The notes beneath the pieces are model-generated. The model made no database searches. It saw nothing but the letters and a program-made list of their open reading frames with translations, and was not told where the DNA came from. Shown here piece by piece: positions 11,449 to 23,250 of a stretch of DNA of 64,000 nucleotides (positions within the stretch are counted from its first letter, which is position 1; each line of letters begins with the position of its first letter). This DNA is from Zygnema circumcarinatum SAG 698-1b (lineage: Eukaryota; Plantae; Zygnematophyceae), in contig CM074821.1 in the NCBI GenBank assembly GCA_037447605.1, positions 868,001-932,000 on the forward strand, read 5' to 3'. The translations under genes were made by a program, and so were the position numbers.

Positions 11449-12299
11449 NNNNNNNNNNCAGGTCGCGCCACGTTAGCTTATTTGGCTCAGGAATCTCGCC
11501 AAAACGACTCTACGGGCTTTTCCCTGGTTGGGCCCTTTCATTTGTGTCGGTCCGTTCGAGATTCCGGGCTGGGCCATCATTTCGGAAGGCCCTGACTCTA
11601 GTGGGAACGCCCGGCACTGGCGTTCACACTAGATCGACATTTGCGCCGCCACGTCAGCTGTTCCTCCCCCCCGTGATGGCTGACCGTTTGCGACCGACAG
11701 CGCGGTCTCCTCCGTACCCCCCCTGCCCTAACGACTTCTTATTGGTCCATTTCTACTTCCCGCCTTTTTTTGCCACTTCGCCAACATTTCGCCAGCCTGT
11801 CATACCTTTCGATTTCGGATTCCTCCCAGTTCCACGACCCCTCGACCCTTAACCCTAATTCTCCTCCTCTTGCTCCATCCCCTTCCCTTGCCCCAATTCC
11901 TCCGCTTCCCCTTTCTGTTCATCTACCTGACGTTCTGCTCTGCAGCCCCAGTTCCTTTCACCTCCTTCCGTTGTGAACACTCCAGACTCTCTCCTCCTTC
12001 CAAGGCCCCATGCAGCGCTTTCGCCGTGCGGTCATGCCACTCCTCCCCATTGACGAATGTACGCGGGAGCTTCTCCCCACGGCCACCGTCTCGCCCACCG
12101 CTGCCTCCGTCCCCATCATCATTGTCTACGCCACTTCCTCCTTCCCTCTCGGATTCTCTCTCCTCCTCCCTTCCCCTACCTCTACATTGCATCCAGCTAT
12201 CCCACATCCCTCCATTGGACCTCCACTTCCATTCTTCTCTTCTTCATTGCGCCCGCCGGGGCGTGCGCTTGTTTCCCCCCCCCCCGCATATGCTACAGA

Positions 12300-12568
12300 T
12301 GTAGCGTAGTGGAGCTGCGCTCGACGGATCCGCGTCAGTTCAGTTGTACTTGATATATGCCTCTTTAGAATCACGGAATAGCACATCATCCAGCAAGGCG
12401 CACTCGGAGCGCCGCAATTTGCCGCCGATAGTTATTAGTTGACCTATCATAAGGCTCCACATAGTCAGCCAGGCCACTCAGTGGTCAGTTGGCCAATCAG
12501 AGACTGTCACTACTAAGACTTAGGATTTACTGTCAGAGATAGGTAGATGGGATGTCAGTGATGCTAGT
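12300..12568 (+). repeat. 5' part of a gypsy LTR, inverted relative to the gypsy element at 16360-23193
   Basis: Starts TGTAGCGTAG; near-identical reverse complement of 22991-23193; ends at an N gap. Confidence 0.75.
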
Positions 12569-12578
12569 NNNNNNNNNN

Positions 12579-15500
12579 ACATCTCCCTCGACAATCTAGC
12601 GCCTATCTCCATCGGGCTGGAGCATGGCCTAGAATCCTCCATATGGAACCGGGCAAGAACATCCGATGCATACTTCTTCTGACACAAGAATAAGCTGCCA
12701 TCCTGCCCCCTCTTCAGCTGCATCCCAAGCAGATACTGCGCCTCCCCCAAATCTGACATCTTGAAATTCGCTTGAAGCAACTCTTTCAAGGAACTGATTC
12801 TTTCAAGCGAGAGGCTCACCATTATGAGATCATCAACGTAGATCCCGACGAACATGATGTCCGCCCCCTCTCCTTGACGGTACACGGAATGATCTGTTTC
12901 GAATCGGTCGAAACCATTCCTCCTCAGAAGATCATCTATCTTCTCGTACCACACTCTGGGCGCCTGCTTCAAACCATATAGGCTCTTCACTAGTCGACAG
13001 ACTAGGTGTTCCTNNNNNNNNNNGTTCTCCTCGGGCTGACTTCGGGGCGCCTCCTCTTCGATTCGGTCGAGTGTGCAACGCAAGCACTTTCTCCTCAGGG
13101 CTGCCGACATCCTGAATGGAGTCCTCCTCCTTTATCCTACGCTTGACTTGCTCAAGAGTCATCGTGGTATTAGTCAGGACTGTCCTCAAAGCCGCCACTG
13201 CCACATCGAATCTACTGGTCAAACCCCCTAGAAATTGGCTTATCTTATGGTCTGTCTCTAATGGTTTCCCAAGGGCTATGAACCTCTTGTTGATGTATAG
13301 GTACATCAAGGTGTTGGTACTTAGTTCCTAGCATGGATGTTGTCCGGGAGATCATGTGTTGATGTAGGGACAATGTCATGTATGAATGGTCATGTTTGGT
13401 ATAGGACCAAACATGGGGGATGCCCAAAGTGTTAGGGCATGGTACGGAAGGTCTAGGGAAGGTCTAGGGTCGTAGATTTACGGCTTAGGCTTAGACCGTA
13501 CCAAAGGGGGTGCGCAAGATGCGCATTAATTGATTTGGAGCGCGACTGTACGGACGGCGCGCGACTGTACGGACGACGCGGAAATGTTCGGACGCGGAGG
13601 TCTTTGGCGCGAAAGGCGGATCTGCACTAAGCGACATGATTGGTCGCGCCAGAGTGCAGATCGCGACGCAATCTCCTTGCGGGACATTTCGCATGATTAG
13701 GTATGTACTTTCGAAGTACGGATTTTGGTCGGTGCTGAGGCACAGCGCGGCGGAGTCAGGAGTGACGTGGCGCGACACGGCAGATTCGAAAGTGACAAGG
13801 CGCGGCGTCAGAATGTCGGCGCAGTGAATCAGAAGTGAGGAGGCGCTGCATCAGCAGTGTCTCATGTGGAGGACAGTGGCGAATTGGAAGGCGCCACGTG
13901 TCACATTCGGGGTAAGGCCTGTAGGGCCTAGGTCGGTGGCGACCGTAGGCTTACGGGGTCCCACATGCAGCTGAGTTAGTGAGGAGTCAGATCGTACGGT
14001 GCAGGACGAGGATCAAGATGAGGCTGAGTTGGATCCGACGGGCTGAGGAGCTGGATCCGTGTAAGCCAAGGAGGATCCGACGGAGCACGATTAGGATCAG
14101 GATAGGGCCCTTGCAAGGCGCTGCATGGGTGGCCGTGACGTGACAGGGTCACGTGACAATGGCCGCCATGGTATATGAGGGAGCAAGCTTACTCACTCAT
14201 ACTCACTCACTCGGAACGTTATGCTGCTCAACCTTCGTGTTAGGAAGAGTAGGCAGAGGCTGAGGCCTTGAGGAGTCCGGCCTTGTGTAGGAGGTCGTGA
14301 AAGAACTGTCTCTCATCATGGTTAGCTCTAGTGAAAGAGTTAGAGATGTGTCCCTCTCGTGTTGAGGTAGAGGAGAAGTTCAAGCAAGCATATAGTGCTT
14401 AGCTACTGCAGTTGGGGTGTAAGCTGCCTATCAGAGGATAGGGTAGTGCTCATGAGAGGAGGAGAATCGGGCATAAGGTTATATGTAGATTTCCTAAGAG
14501 AGCTTGTATTACACCTATGAATGTTAAGGAGTTTTAGGGCCGAGGGCTTTCTCCTTATACTTGTGTCATTTGTCACATGTGAGTCCTTGTGTTGGATTGG
14601 AGTGATGGATGAGTGGAGGCGACCATTGTATGGGCGGTGTGTCGCATCACACGTGGAGACCATTGGAGGAGCGTGGAAATGAAGGAGCCGAGACCATGGA
14701 GGAGATGAAGAAGTGTTCTTGTAGGTGGCGCGTTTTGTTTCTCGCTGTGCGCACCTGGTGAGGGGAGGAAGAGAAGGCATATCGTGGCGGAAGCGGTATG
14801 TGGCCTAAGTAGAAGTGGAAGAAGTTTTGGAGTGTTCACTCAAGCAAGTTTTATCCTTCCACTAGTCTCTCCAGTCTGCCCCCTCACACCAACACCTCTC
14901 CATCAGAGCATCAAACCTGACCATATAAGCTTCTAGTTTCTCATCTGAAGTCATCTTCAACTTGCCTAGCTGCGTGTAAAGACTGACAATCGTCACATTG
15001 TCTTTTACATCATACATTTCCTCTAGGCATCTCCACATGGCATGAGAGGTTTTCAGATCATAAAGCATAGAGGACGGACTTCCTCTTACGCTCATTACAA
15101 TCTGCGTCAGGGCCTTGTTGTCCTTGGCTTTCCATCGTGCGAGCGCTACGTCGTGCTCCGACTGCTGCTCCACTGAGGCTCCAACCGGTAACTCCGGCGC
15201 CTTGATGCTGCCATCAACATACCCAAGCAACCCCTTGCCTACAAGCAGGGGAACCAACCTCCATCTCCACGCCTTGTAATCCTGCCCATCAAAGGCCGGA
15301 ATGCTGAACTTGACGTGGTCCTCCGAGTCTCCATGAGCTCTGATACCACTTGTTGGTGCAGGGACTCCTCCACTACTGCCGTCCGTTCCTCCATTCGGGT
15401 CACCCTCCATCGGAGTTCGCGTTCCAATCGACGATGACATATTCAAATCCCTCACATTCACTCATAGCCCATTTTACTCACAGAGTGAATCACAGCAAAC

Positions 15501-16359
15501 AATGCACAGCGGAATAATAGAGAGAAATGAATAGGAGAAAGCTCCTGGCTCTAAAACTCCTTAATAGTGAATTCACTCATACATTGAGAGACCCCCTCTC
15601 AAATCGGCCACCCAAGTAATCTCACAGCTCACTACCTCACAGCACGAGTAAGTGTAGTGTCGCAACACGAGCGAACAGCATAACAGAGACTACTACAGCC
15701 TGAATAAATTGTTACCCCACATAAGAAAAGCTAATCCTTAAGTACTATGTCACTACACACGTGACAACAACATGCTACGGAGCTAACAACATCGACCACC
15801 GCAGCGGCCCTATCCCCATCCTAACTCACGCCGCCGATCCTCAGACTCACACGATCCAAACTTTGCTTCCGCCGGATCCGACCAGCCTTTCCATTCGATC
15901 CACGCTCTCGCGCCGGATCCGACCGCTTCCAAGATAGGGGATGACGCTGAATAATCCTCACGCCCTTCACGCCAATCGACAATTCGGGACGCGCAGTCCG
16001 CATACTTCGGAATCACGCTACGACAATTTGACGCCAAGATCGCCGTTCGGACCGCCATCTAGTGCGTCAATGCTGGGCCAAGGCCGTTTTTGATTCGCTA
16101 CAAGCTAGCTTCGCTGCCACGCCACATCTTCACTCGCTTCCATGGGCCGCCATTCCCGCTACCACGCCACTTTTTCGATTGTCGCTGGCCAAGGCTCGCC
16201 ACTTTGACTTCGCCACGCTACTTCTCCACCTAACACCAAAGTCCGCACTCCTCCTCACTGCTCTGCCTCCAGCGCCATCGCCGCCAAGGGCCACACACAA
16301 CACACGCACACAAAACTAATGTCCCAACAACAACTTGTCTAGTGACTAACTACTATACA
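12579..16359 (-). mobile_element. Ty1/copia element C (LTR family A), inserted in the gypsy pol gene; gag split by a solo LTR; RT fragment between gaps
   Basis: LTR at 16359-15351 (TGTATAG...CCAACA); exact PBS TGGTATCAGAGC at 15348-15337; gag ORF ...ALMER (to 14895) resumes as FIALGKPLE (from 13287); RT fragment LVKSLYGLKQAPR...YVDDL at 12579-13013. Confidence 0.88.
13288..14894 (+). mobile_element. Solo LTR (family C, 1607 bp) with 5-bp TSD CCTCT
   Basis: TGTTG...CAACA termini; CCTCT at 13283-13287 and 14895-14899; removing it restores the copia C gag reading frame. Confidence 0.9.
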
Positions 16360-17802
16360 CGAACAAGAAGTGGAGCCGAAGGATTTCGACTGAGGCCGTC
16401 TGTATTGCCGTGACTTCGTCCGGGACGGTGAGTGACCTTGAGGACATTATACTCCTCCAACTTCATCACCCAACGCGCAAACTTGGGACGTAGAGTAGCC
16501 ATAATGTGCAGCCAAGTGAGTGGCATGTGGTCAGTCCGAATGACAATGGGCTGGTAAGCTGTAAAGAGCTTAAACTTCTCAAGTGCCCAGAGAATAGCCG
16601 CAGCCTCACCTTCAGTAGGGCTGTACTTAGTCTCAGTGTCCGAACAAACCCTGCTAGCATAACAGACAGGGTGCTCAGCATCAGAGAATGCTTGACTGGC
16701 CACTGCCCCAAAGCCCGTCTGACTCCAATCGGCGTCAATAATTGTGGGCAGGGTGGGGTCGAATTGATGCAGACAAGGAGACTGAAGGAGGGCACTATTG
16801 AGCGCATGGAAGGACAAATCCTGCGCCTTGCTCCATTCATAGTCGACTCCATGCTTTTCCAAGGCATGCAGGGGACGTGCGATAAGGGCATAACCCTTTA
16901 TGAATCGGCGATAGAATGAGGTGAGCCCCAAGAAGGATTTAAGCTGAGTGAGGTTCTGTGGAACTGGCATAAGGTCAATCGCCTCAATTTTTTCGAGGGA
17001 TGTCTTCAGCCCATTTATGCCGAGACGATGTCCTAGATGAGTGATTTCCTGATGGCCCCATTTGCACTTCTTAGGAGCAATCTTCAAACGAGCACTGATG
17101 AGTTGTTGCAATACTTGGTCAATGTGCTGCAGATGGGAGGACCAATCCTTGTTGTGGAGGGAAGCATCATCCACGTATGGTTCGCAGAAGGCGCGACAGG
17201 GACCAAAAACCTGGTTGGCCAGGCGCTGGTGAGTTTGGCTGGAATTCTTGAGCCCAAAGGGAAGCACTGTCCACTGCACGAATCGTGTGGCCGTGCGAAG
17301 ACCTGTTTTGCAGCGATCAGCCTGCCGTAGAGGGATTTGCCAGAAGGACTTCTGCATATCCAGTGCAGAGAACCACTGGTCATTAGGAGAAACGCCATGG
17401 AGGATAAGGTCCACATCCGGCAACGTATATGGATCCCACTTCGTCACTGCGTTCAATTTCCGATAGTCTCCACAGAAGCGAAGGGTGCCATCTGGCTTTG
17501 GTGGCAAAACAGCCTGACTGGCCCAAGGACCTTCTCCGGGTTCCATCAATCCGGCAGCAACATTCTCATCAATCTGTCTTTCGACATCGGCTTGCTGAGC
17601 AGCGGAAAAGCGATAAGGGGTCATGGTCATCACTGGAGGGGAATCCCCCGTATCGATGTGATGTTCAATCAGGTGGGTCCTTCCGATGTCCAATGAATGG
17701 CGTGCAAAAACTAGGTGATTGCGACGTAGAACTTGTCGCAATTGAGAATGCTTGATTGGGTCAGAGAGTACTGCTGGCCCCAATCGCATCTGACCCTCTA
17801 TC
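16360..17802 (-). CDS. Ty3/gypsy reverse transcriptase-RNase H (pol, cut by insertions at both ends)
   Basis: PWAS, LRFCGDYRKLN, FSALDMQKSFWQIPL, LPFGLKNS, PYVDD, FLGLTSFYRRFI, DADWS, YSPTEGEA, RTDHMPL and GNTDGLSR motifs. Confidence 0.93.
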
Positions 17803-18975
17803 TGTTGGTGCAAGGGGCAGCAAGAAAGGAAAGACTCAAGGAAGGGCAAACACATGCCCGGGTATCAGAGCTCAAAACTTTTCTTCTTCTTCTCCTTGGG
17901 CCACATACCGCATCCGCCACGATATGCCTTCTCGTCCACCACTTGCCAGGTGCGCACAGCGGAAAACTAAACGCGCCACCTAAACAAGAACACTTCTTCA
18001 TCTCCTCCATGGTCTCGGCTCCTCAACTCCACGCTCCTCCAATGGTCTCCTCGTGTGGAGCAACACACCGCCCATACAATGGTCGCCTCCACTCATCCAC
18101 CACGCCAATCCAACATGAGGACTCACATGACGAATGATACAGTAGTAAGGAGAAAGCCCACGGCCCTAAAACTCCTTAAACTTCATGAGTGTAATACAAG
18201 CTCTTTGAGGAAATCTACATAGATCCCTTATGCTAGATTCTCCTCCTCACATGAGCACTATCCTATCCTCTCATAGATAGCCTACACCCCAACTGCAGTA
18301 GCCAAGCACTACCTGCCTCCATGAACTCCTCCTCTACCTCAACACATGAGGGACACACCATCTAACTTCTTCACAAAAGCTTAGCATGATGAGAGCTAGT
18401 TCCTTCACGACCTTCATATACAAGGCCGGACTCCTCTAGGCCTCAGCCTCTGCCTACTCTTCCTTTACAACAACAGTCGAGCAGCATAACGTTCAGAGAG
18501 AGTGAGTGAGTGAGAGAGCCAAGCTTGCTCCCTCTTAAACTATGGCGGCCGGCGTGACGTGACCACCGATGTCACGTCACAGGCGCACTAGCAAGCGCAT
18601 GCATTCAACAGCCAGCAAGCCGTTCAACGGCCAGCTACGCATTCAACAGCCAGCTTCGCGGTCTCACGTAAACCTACGCCAGCACCGACCTACGCAAGGT
18701 CGTCCGNNNNNNNNNNCCGCGCTCCTTTTCGTTCAAGCACATTCCGTGCACCCCCTTTGGTACGGTCTAAGCCTAAGCCGTAATTCTACGACCCTAGACC
18801 TTCCATAGACCTGCCGTACCATGCCCTAATTATACGGGCACCCCCAATGTTCGGTCCTACACCAAACATGACCATTCATACATGACATTGTCCCTATACC
18901 ACCACATTGATGTCCCGGACAACATTCATGCTAGGAACTAAGTACCAACACCTTGATGTACCCTATACATCAACA
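17803..18975 (-). mobile_element. Solo LTR (family C) with 5-bp TSD CTATC, inserted between gypsy protease and RT
   Basis: TGTTG...CAACA termini; CTATC at 17798-17802 and 18976-18980; homologous to 13288-14894; excision rejoins ...EEWLEI to EGQMRLG... in frame. Confidence 0.88.
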
Positions 18976-19792
18976 CTATCTCCAGCCACTCTTCATCACT
19001 GATGGTCTCGTGGGCGGGGAAGCTGGGTGCAGCTATCACTGGCGGCAAAAGGTCTTCTGTCTGCGCACAGAGGGCTGAACCCGGAGGAGCAGGAGTGGGA
19101 GTCTCTTCCTCAGTATCAGAATTGGCAGAACCATAGGAAGAATGGGGACTGCCGGCAGCATGATACATGTTGATCTCTGGGTAGGATACCTGTGCCGTGG
19201 CGTGTCGTTTGGGGAAGGCGGAGGTGGCAAGGGACTCAAGTATGATGGGGAAGGAGCAATCTGTCCCTCCAGCAGATAAGTGCAGCTGACACGTAGAAAA
19301 GTCAATTTGTGCCCCCATTGCAATGAGCCAATCTGAGCCAAGCAGGATAGAATAATGCTCAGCGGCCGTGATGACCGCATTCACTGTGGCTCCCATCTCT
19401 CCAAGGCTGATGATCACCTGTGCACTGCCCAAACCTTCATGCAGACTACCCTCAACCCCCACATATCTGGGGATGGGTTCGAGTGTCTTGTCCAACTTAA
19501 CACCTGTAGCCTTCATCACTGGTTTAGACAGAACTGTGCGCATAGCTCCAGTGTCTATCATGGCCTTGCTAGGATGGCCATTCAGCCATACATTGACAAT
19601 GATGCGCACGTTGGGTGTTGGGATCAGAGGGAGGACATGAATCGGGCGCAGGAGGCCGTAAGGAGAGCTTAATCCAAGTCCGGGAAGAGGCCGCGGCCAG
19701 CGTGGTGGCATTCTGTGCTTAGGGAATGCCCTGAGGAGGTGCCATGGAACCGGGTGGGAGGGGCTTCCAGAGTGGCTCTCTCGTGTGATCAA
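18976..19792 (-). CDS. Gypsy aspartic protease region of pol
   Basis: VWLNGHPSKAMIDTGAMRTVLS and ILLGSDWL retropepsin motifs. Confidence 0.85.
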
Positions 19793-22700
19793 GCCGCCGG
19801 CCAGCCTTTACGAATCTGGCTACCGCAAAGACTGGAACCAAATGATCAACTGCGACAAGGTAATTCCTGACCTTAGCCTTGTCCCCATAAGCCGGCGAAC
19901 CATGCTCAATCAAGCGATAGGCCATCCGTCGGGGAGGTGGGCGCGACGCCGCTGGGGATAAACGGGCCTCGGAGGGGCTGGCATGGGGGAGGATTCACGC
20001 AGCATGTCCTTCCTCGCCTCCGCCAGCCGCTTCCCTCGGGCCGCCTACGCTTCCCTCGCTAGGCTCCGCGCCGGCCTCCCTCCCCTCGTGCATGGAACCC
20101 AAGGGATGACCTGTGTGGGAAGGAGGGAGGCGAAGCTTCTCCGACAGGGGGTAACTGGTGAGCAAGCCGTGAGGAGCCGCGCTGCTGACATTGGCAGGGA
20201 GGAATGGCAGGGGATGCGAATGAGGATCACTCTGGTTCACAGGGAGCCTGCGCAAGGCCGCTGCAATCTGTGCGATACGGGCTTGAGCACCCTCCTCAGA
20301 ATTGATGGGGGATTCAGACCAAGCCGGTTGCAATGCTGCGGCAATCGGCGCAGTGCGTGCGCGGGCAGCCAGATCGGACTCGGCCCCTAAGGCGTTTGTC
20401 AAGGAAGGGGACTCCATAGGATGCAGATGGATCGGCGGACGTTGCAGGATGGTATAAGAGGGTGAAGGAGGTGGATGAGGGCGAAAGGGGGGAGGAGTTC
20501 TCGATGGTGTGTGAGTAGTCGGGAGCATGTCCATGAAAGTGATCTCTGTAGGAGAGCTCCCTGCAGGTGCATCCTTCCCCTTTCGGGCTTTCTCACTGGA
20601 GAGTCTCCGCATGCATACACGGGCATCATGTCCCGTAATCTGGCAAAAAGTGCAGGTCCATGGCCCACAGCGCAGCCTCGGATTATGATTCGTGCCACAG
20701 TAAGCATTGCACTTCTCTGTAACTCCCGGGCTATCCTGACCTACAAGAATTCCGCAAACCACTCTCTTCTGCGGGAGTGCTATCAGATAAGGACCCCCGA
20801 GCAACTCGACGAGCCACGCCGGAATGTGAGGATTCACCGGGCTGGGTTCAATGGGATGCTAGATCGTAGAGGGTATGGAGAAGGGGAAGGGGCTTGATAG
20901 TTGGCCGGGTTATAAAATGTGAGGCCGCGACTCGTTGTGGGCTGCCCTGACGCCCCGGAAAGCGGATGCCGTGAGATGTCTTGTTCCCGAAGCCGGCAGG
21001 TAAGGATCATGGCTACCGCCGCCATTCCGGTCTTCGTGAATTGCCGATATAGTCGACCTCGACGGATCAAGAGTATTCATGTAGTGTGGACGCGACATAA
21101 ATGGGTTGCCTCTCTTGATCTTCAATTCGCTCGCCTCTTTCTAACAAAGCCCTCGGCATCTCACAGGGTTGTCGCCAGCCTCACGACCTAGGTGTGAAGA
21201 TCTTTTCGCCATGGCCTTATGGAACTACCCGGAGAACCCTGGGAAGTCGTAAGTTCTCGATCGTGTTTGCCATGCGTACAAAACGCCTGCGAATCTGCTA
21301 AAACAACCGCCATCATCAGAAAGCACCTCTATGTAGCTAAGTCGGGTCTAGCACAGCGATTGATTTCGGGAAATCCAGCGCGAACCGAAGCCTCGCTGAA
21401 TGTGTCCTTTAGTCGTGTGCCAATGATGCTCGCCTTGCGCCAGCTTTGGGACAGCTTCCAATTGATCGCCTTCTCTTCCAAAGGCCCCAGTACAAATTTT
21501 GATCTAATCGGGTCATCCTTCAGTTCCCGCTTTGCGCCGCTTTTCTCCGCATGTCTCGCCCAGGCTTCAGATCTTCCGCTTCCAGTTGAATCCTCTAATG
21601 ATGATACCCGTGGTATCTCTCACCTCACTCTTTTCAGGGATGATGGCTATCAGTTTTGTCATCATCTCTTCCATCTTGCTGGGGACCTCAGATCTGGAAC
21701 ATGTGCTTCTCTGCAGGTTGGTGCGAAAGCTGGAGGGACCTTGCGATCGGCCTGCTCTTGCCCCTGAAGCAGCTCGCCTGGGGCTGCCGGGTGGGTAATT
21801 TGTGGGTGAGGGTGTCTTCTGAGGAATCCCTCGTCATTGCAGGGATCGTAGCGCCGCCAGCCGAAGGCCCCCTCGTGCAAAGAGCTAGCCGACCGGTGGT
21901 CACGCGGGTTTTGTCTCGTGGGCTGCGCCGGGACCGTGCTCAAAGGAACTCCTCTTCACCGCATCTTCAGCCGCGGATAAGAATCGGGCAGCGCCGACAC
22001 CTGATTCTTCAAGGCATAACGCCGCCAGTGTAAATCTATGGCCATCACTTCCTAGATGGAGTCGCTGCAGTTCTTCGATTGAATCAATCTGTTCAAGGTA
22101 GGCCAAACTGGGGTAAGGGTTATCTTCTGTGATGCCCATTTTCAGTCTTTCTCTGACTGCTTCCTCCTCTGAGTCTGAATCCGTCCTTGGGTTTCCTATC
22201 ATATGCTCTTCTTGATGTCCTAAGTCTTCATCTGAAAATTCATGAAGATCTGCTTGTCCCTCTTGTTGCAGCTCTTCATTTATGGCTGCTGTGACACGGG
22301 TCACAGAATCGGCAGCCTCATGTATCAAGGTACGTGGATCTGCAAAACCTTGAGCTCTGATACCAAGATAAGTGGGGTTAAGAGGAGACCGGCCGTCTAG
22401 CCGGCGGTGTCACTGCATCTAAATCCAGTGCATCTCGCCCCTACACTAATGAAGGGCTGGATTGGGGCCGTGCGGGTCTCGGCAAAGATAGAGCCGTGAA
22501 CCGGGGATCTAGAGGTACGCGCAATGAAGACGAGGGACCAAGATGTTCCCCGCCGCGTACCGGACTTGATGCGCGAAGAGCTCTCCCCCGGGGTTCTCCC
22601 TCTCTTCTGCTCTCTCTTCGCCTATTCTTTGCTAGGCTCCTAGTTATCATTGGTCATTGGGAGGAATGGAAGGCAGGCTACAGCAAGTTCAGAGCTTGGC

Positions 22701-23250
22701 ATAGAGGCAGCAAAGGGAAGATAGGAATCAGCTTAGAAAAAGGGTGTGTCTTTGAAACTCACCCCAGCCAGCGATTGGCTGGGGATTCTCATTACAATAT
22801 AAGTGTCTTCTCACTGAAATGCTTGTCTGGCTGGGCTGAATGGGATGTCTAAATGCTATCAGCAAGAAGACTCTCTCTCTCTCTCTTTGTAGTGGAACTC
22901 TTTCTCTCTCTAACTAGCATCTGTTGCTNNNNNNNNNNNNNNNNNNNNNNNNNNNNNNNNNNNNNNNNNNNNNNNNNNNNNNNNNNNNNNGTGACAGTCT
23001 CTGATTGGCCAACTGACCACTGAGTGGCCTGGCTGACTATGTGGAGCCTTATGATAGGTCAACTAATAACTATCGGCGGCAAATTGCGGCGCTCCGAGTG
23101 CGCCTTGCTGGATGATGTGCTGTTCCGAAGAGGCATATATCAAGTACAACTGAACTGACGCGGATCCGTCGAGCGCAGCTCCACTACGCTACAAGTGTCA
23201 CACACCGTGTGTACGAACCCTAGTGAGCTTGTGTAAGGTCATGTTGATGT

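Larger units (their letters stand above)
16360..23193 (-). mobile_element. Ty3/gypsy element (5' LTR, PBS, degraded gag, protease, RT-RNase H); integrase and 3' LTR not present in the assembly
   Basis: LTR ~23193-22366 begins TGTAGCG; PBS TGGTATCAGAGC at 22365-22354; CCHC knuckle CTFCQITGHDARVC; protease AMIDTGA; RT/RNase H downstream in gypsy order. Confidence 0.9.

Noticed and set aside
17861-17873. PBS-like GGTATCAGAGCTC inside a solo LTR
   Set aside because: It is antisense to the LTR, absent from the other copy and lies in a divergent segment; probably chance or noisy sequence.
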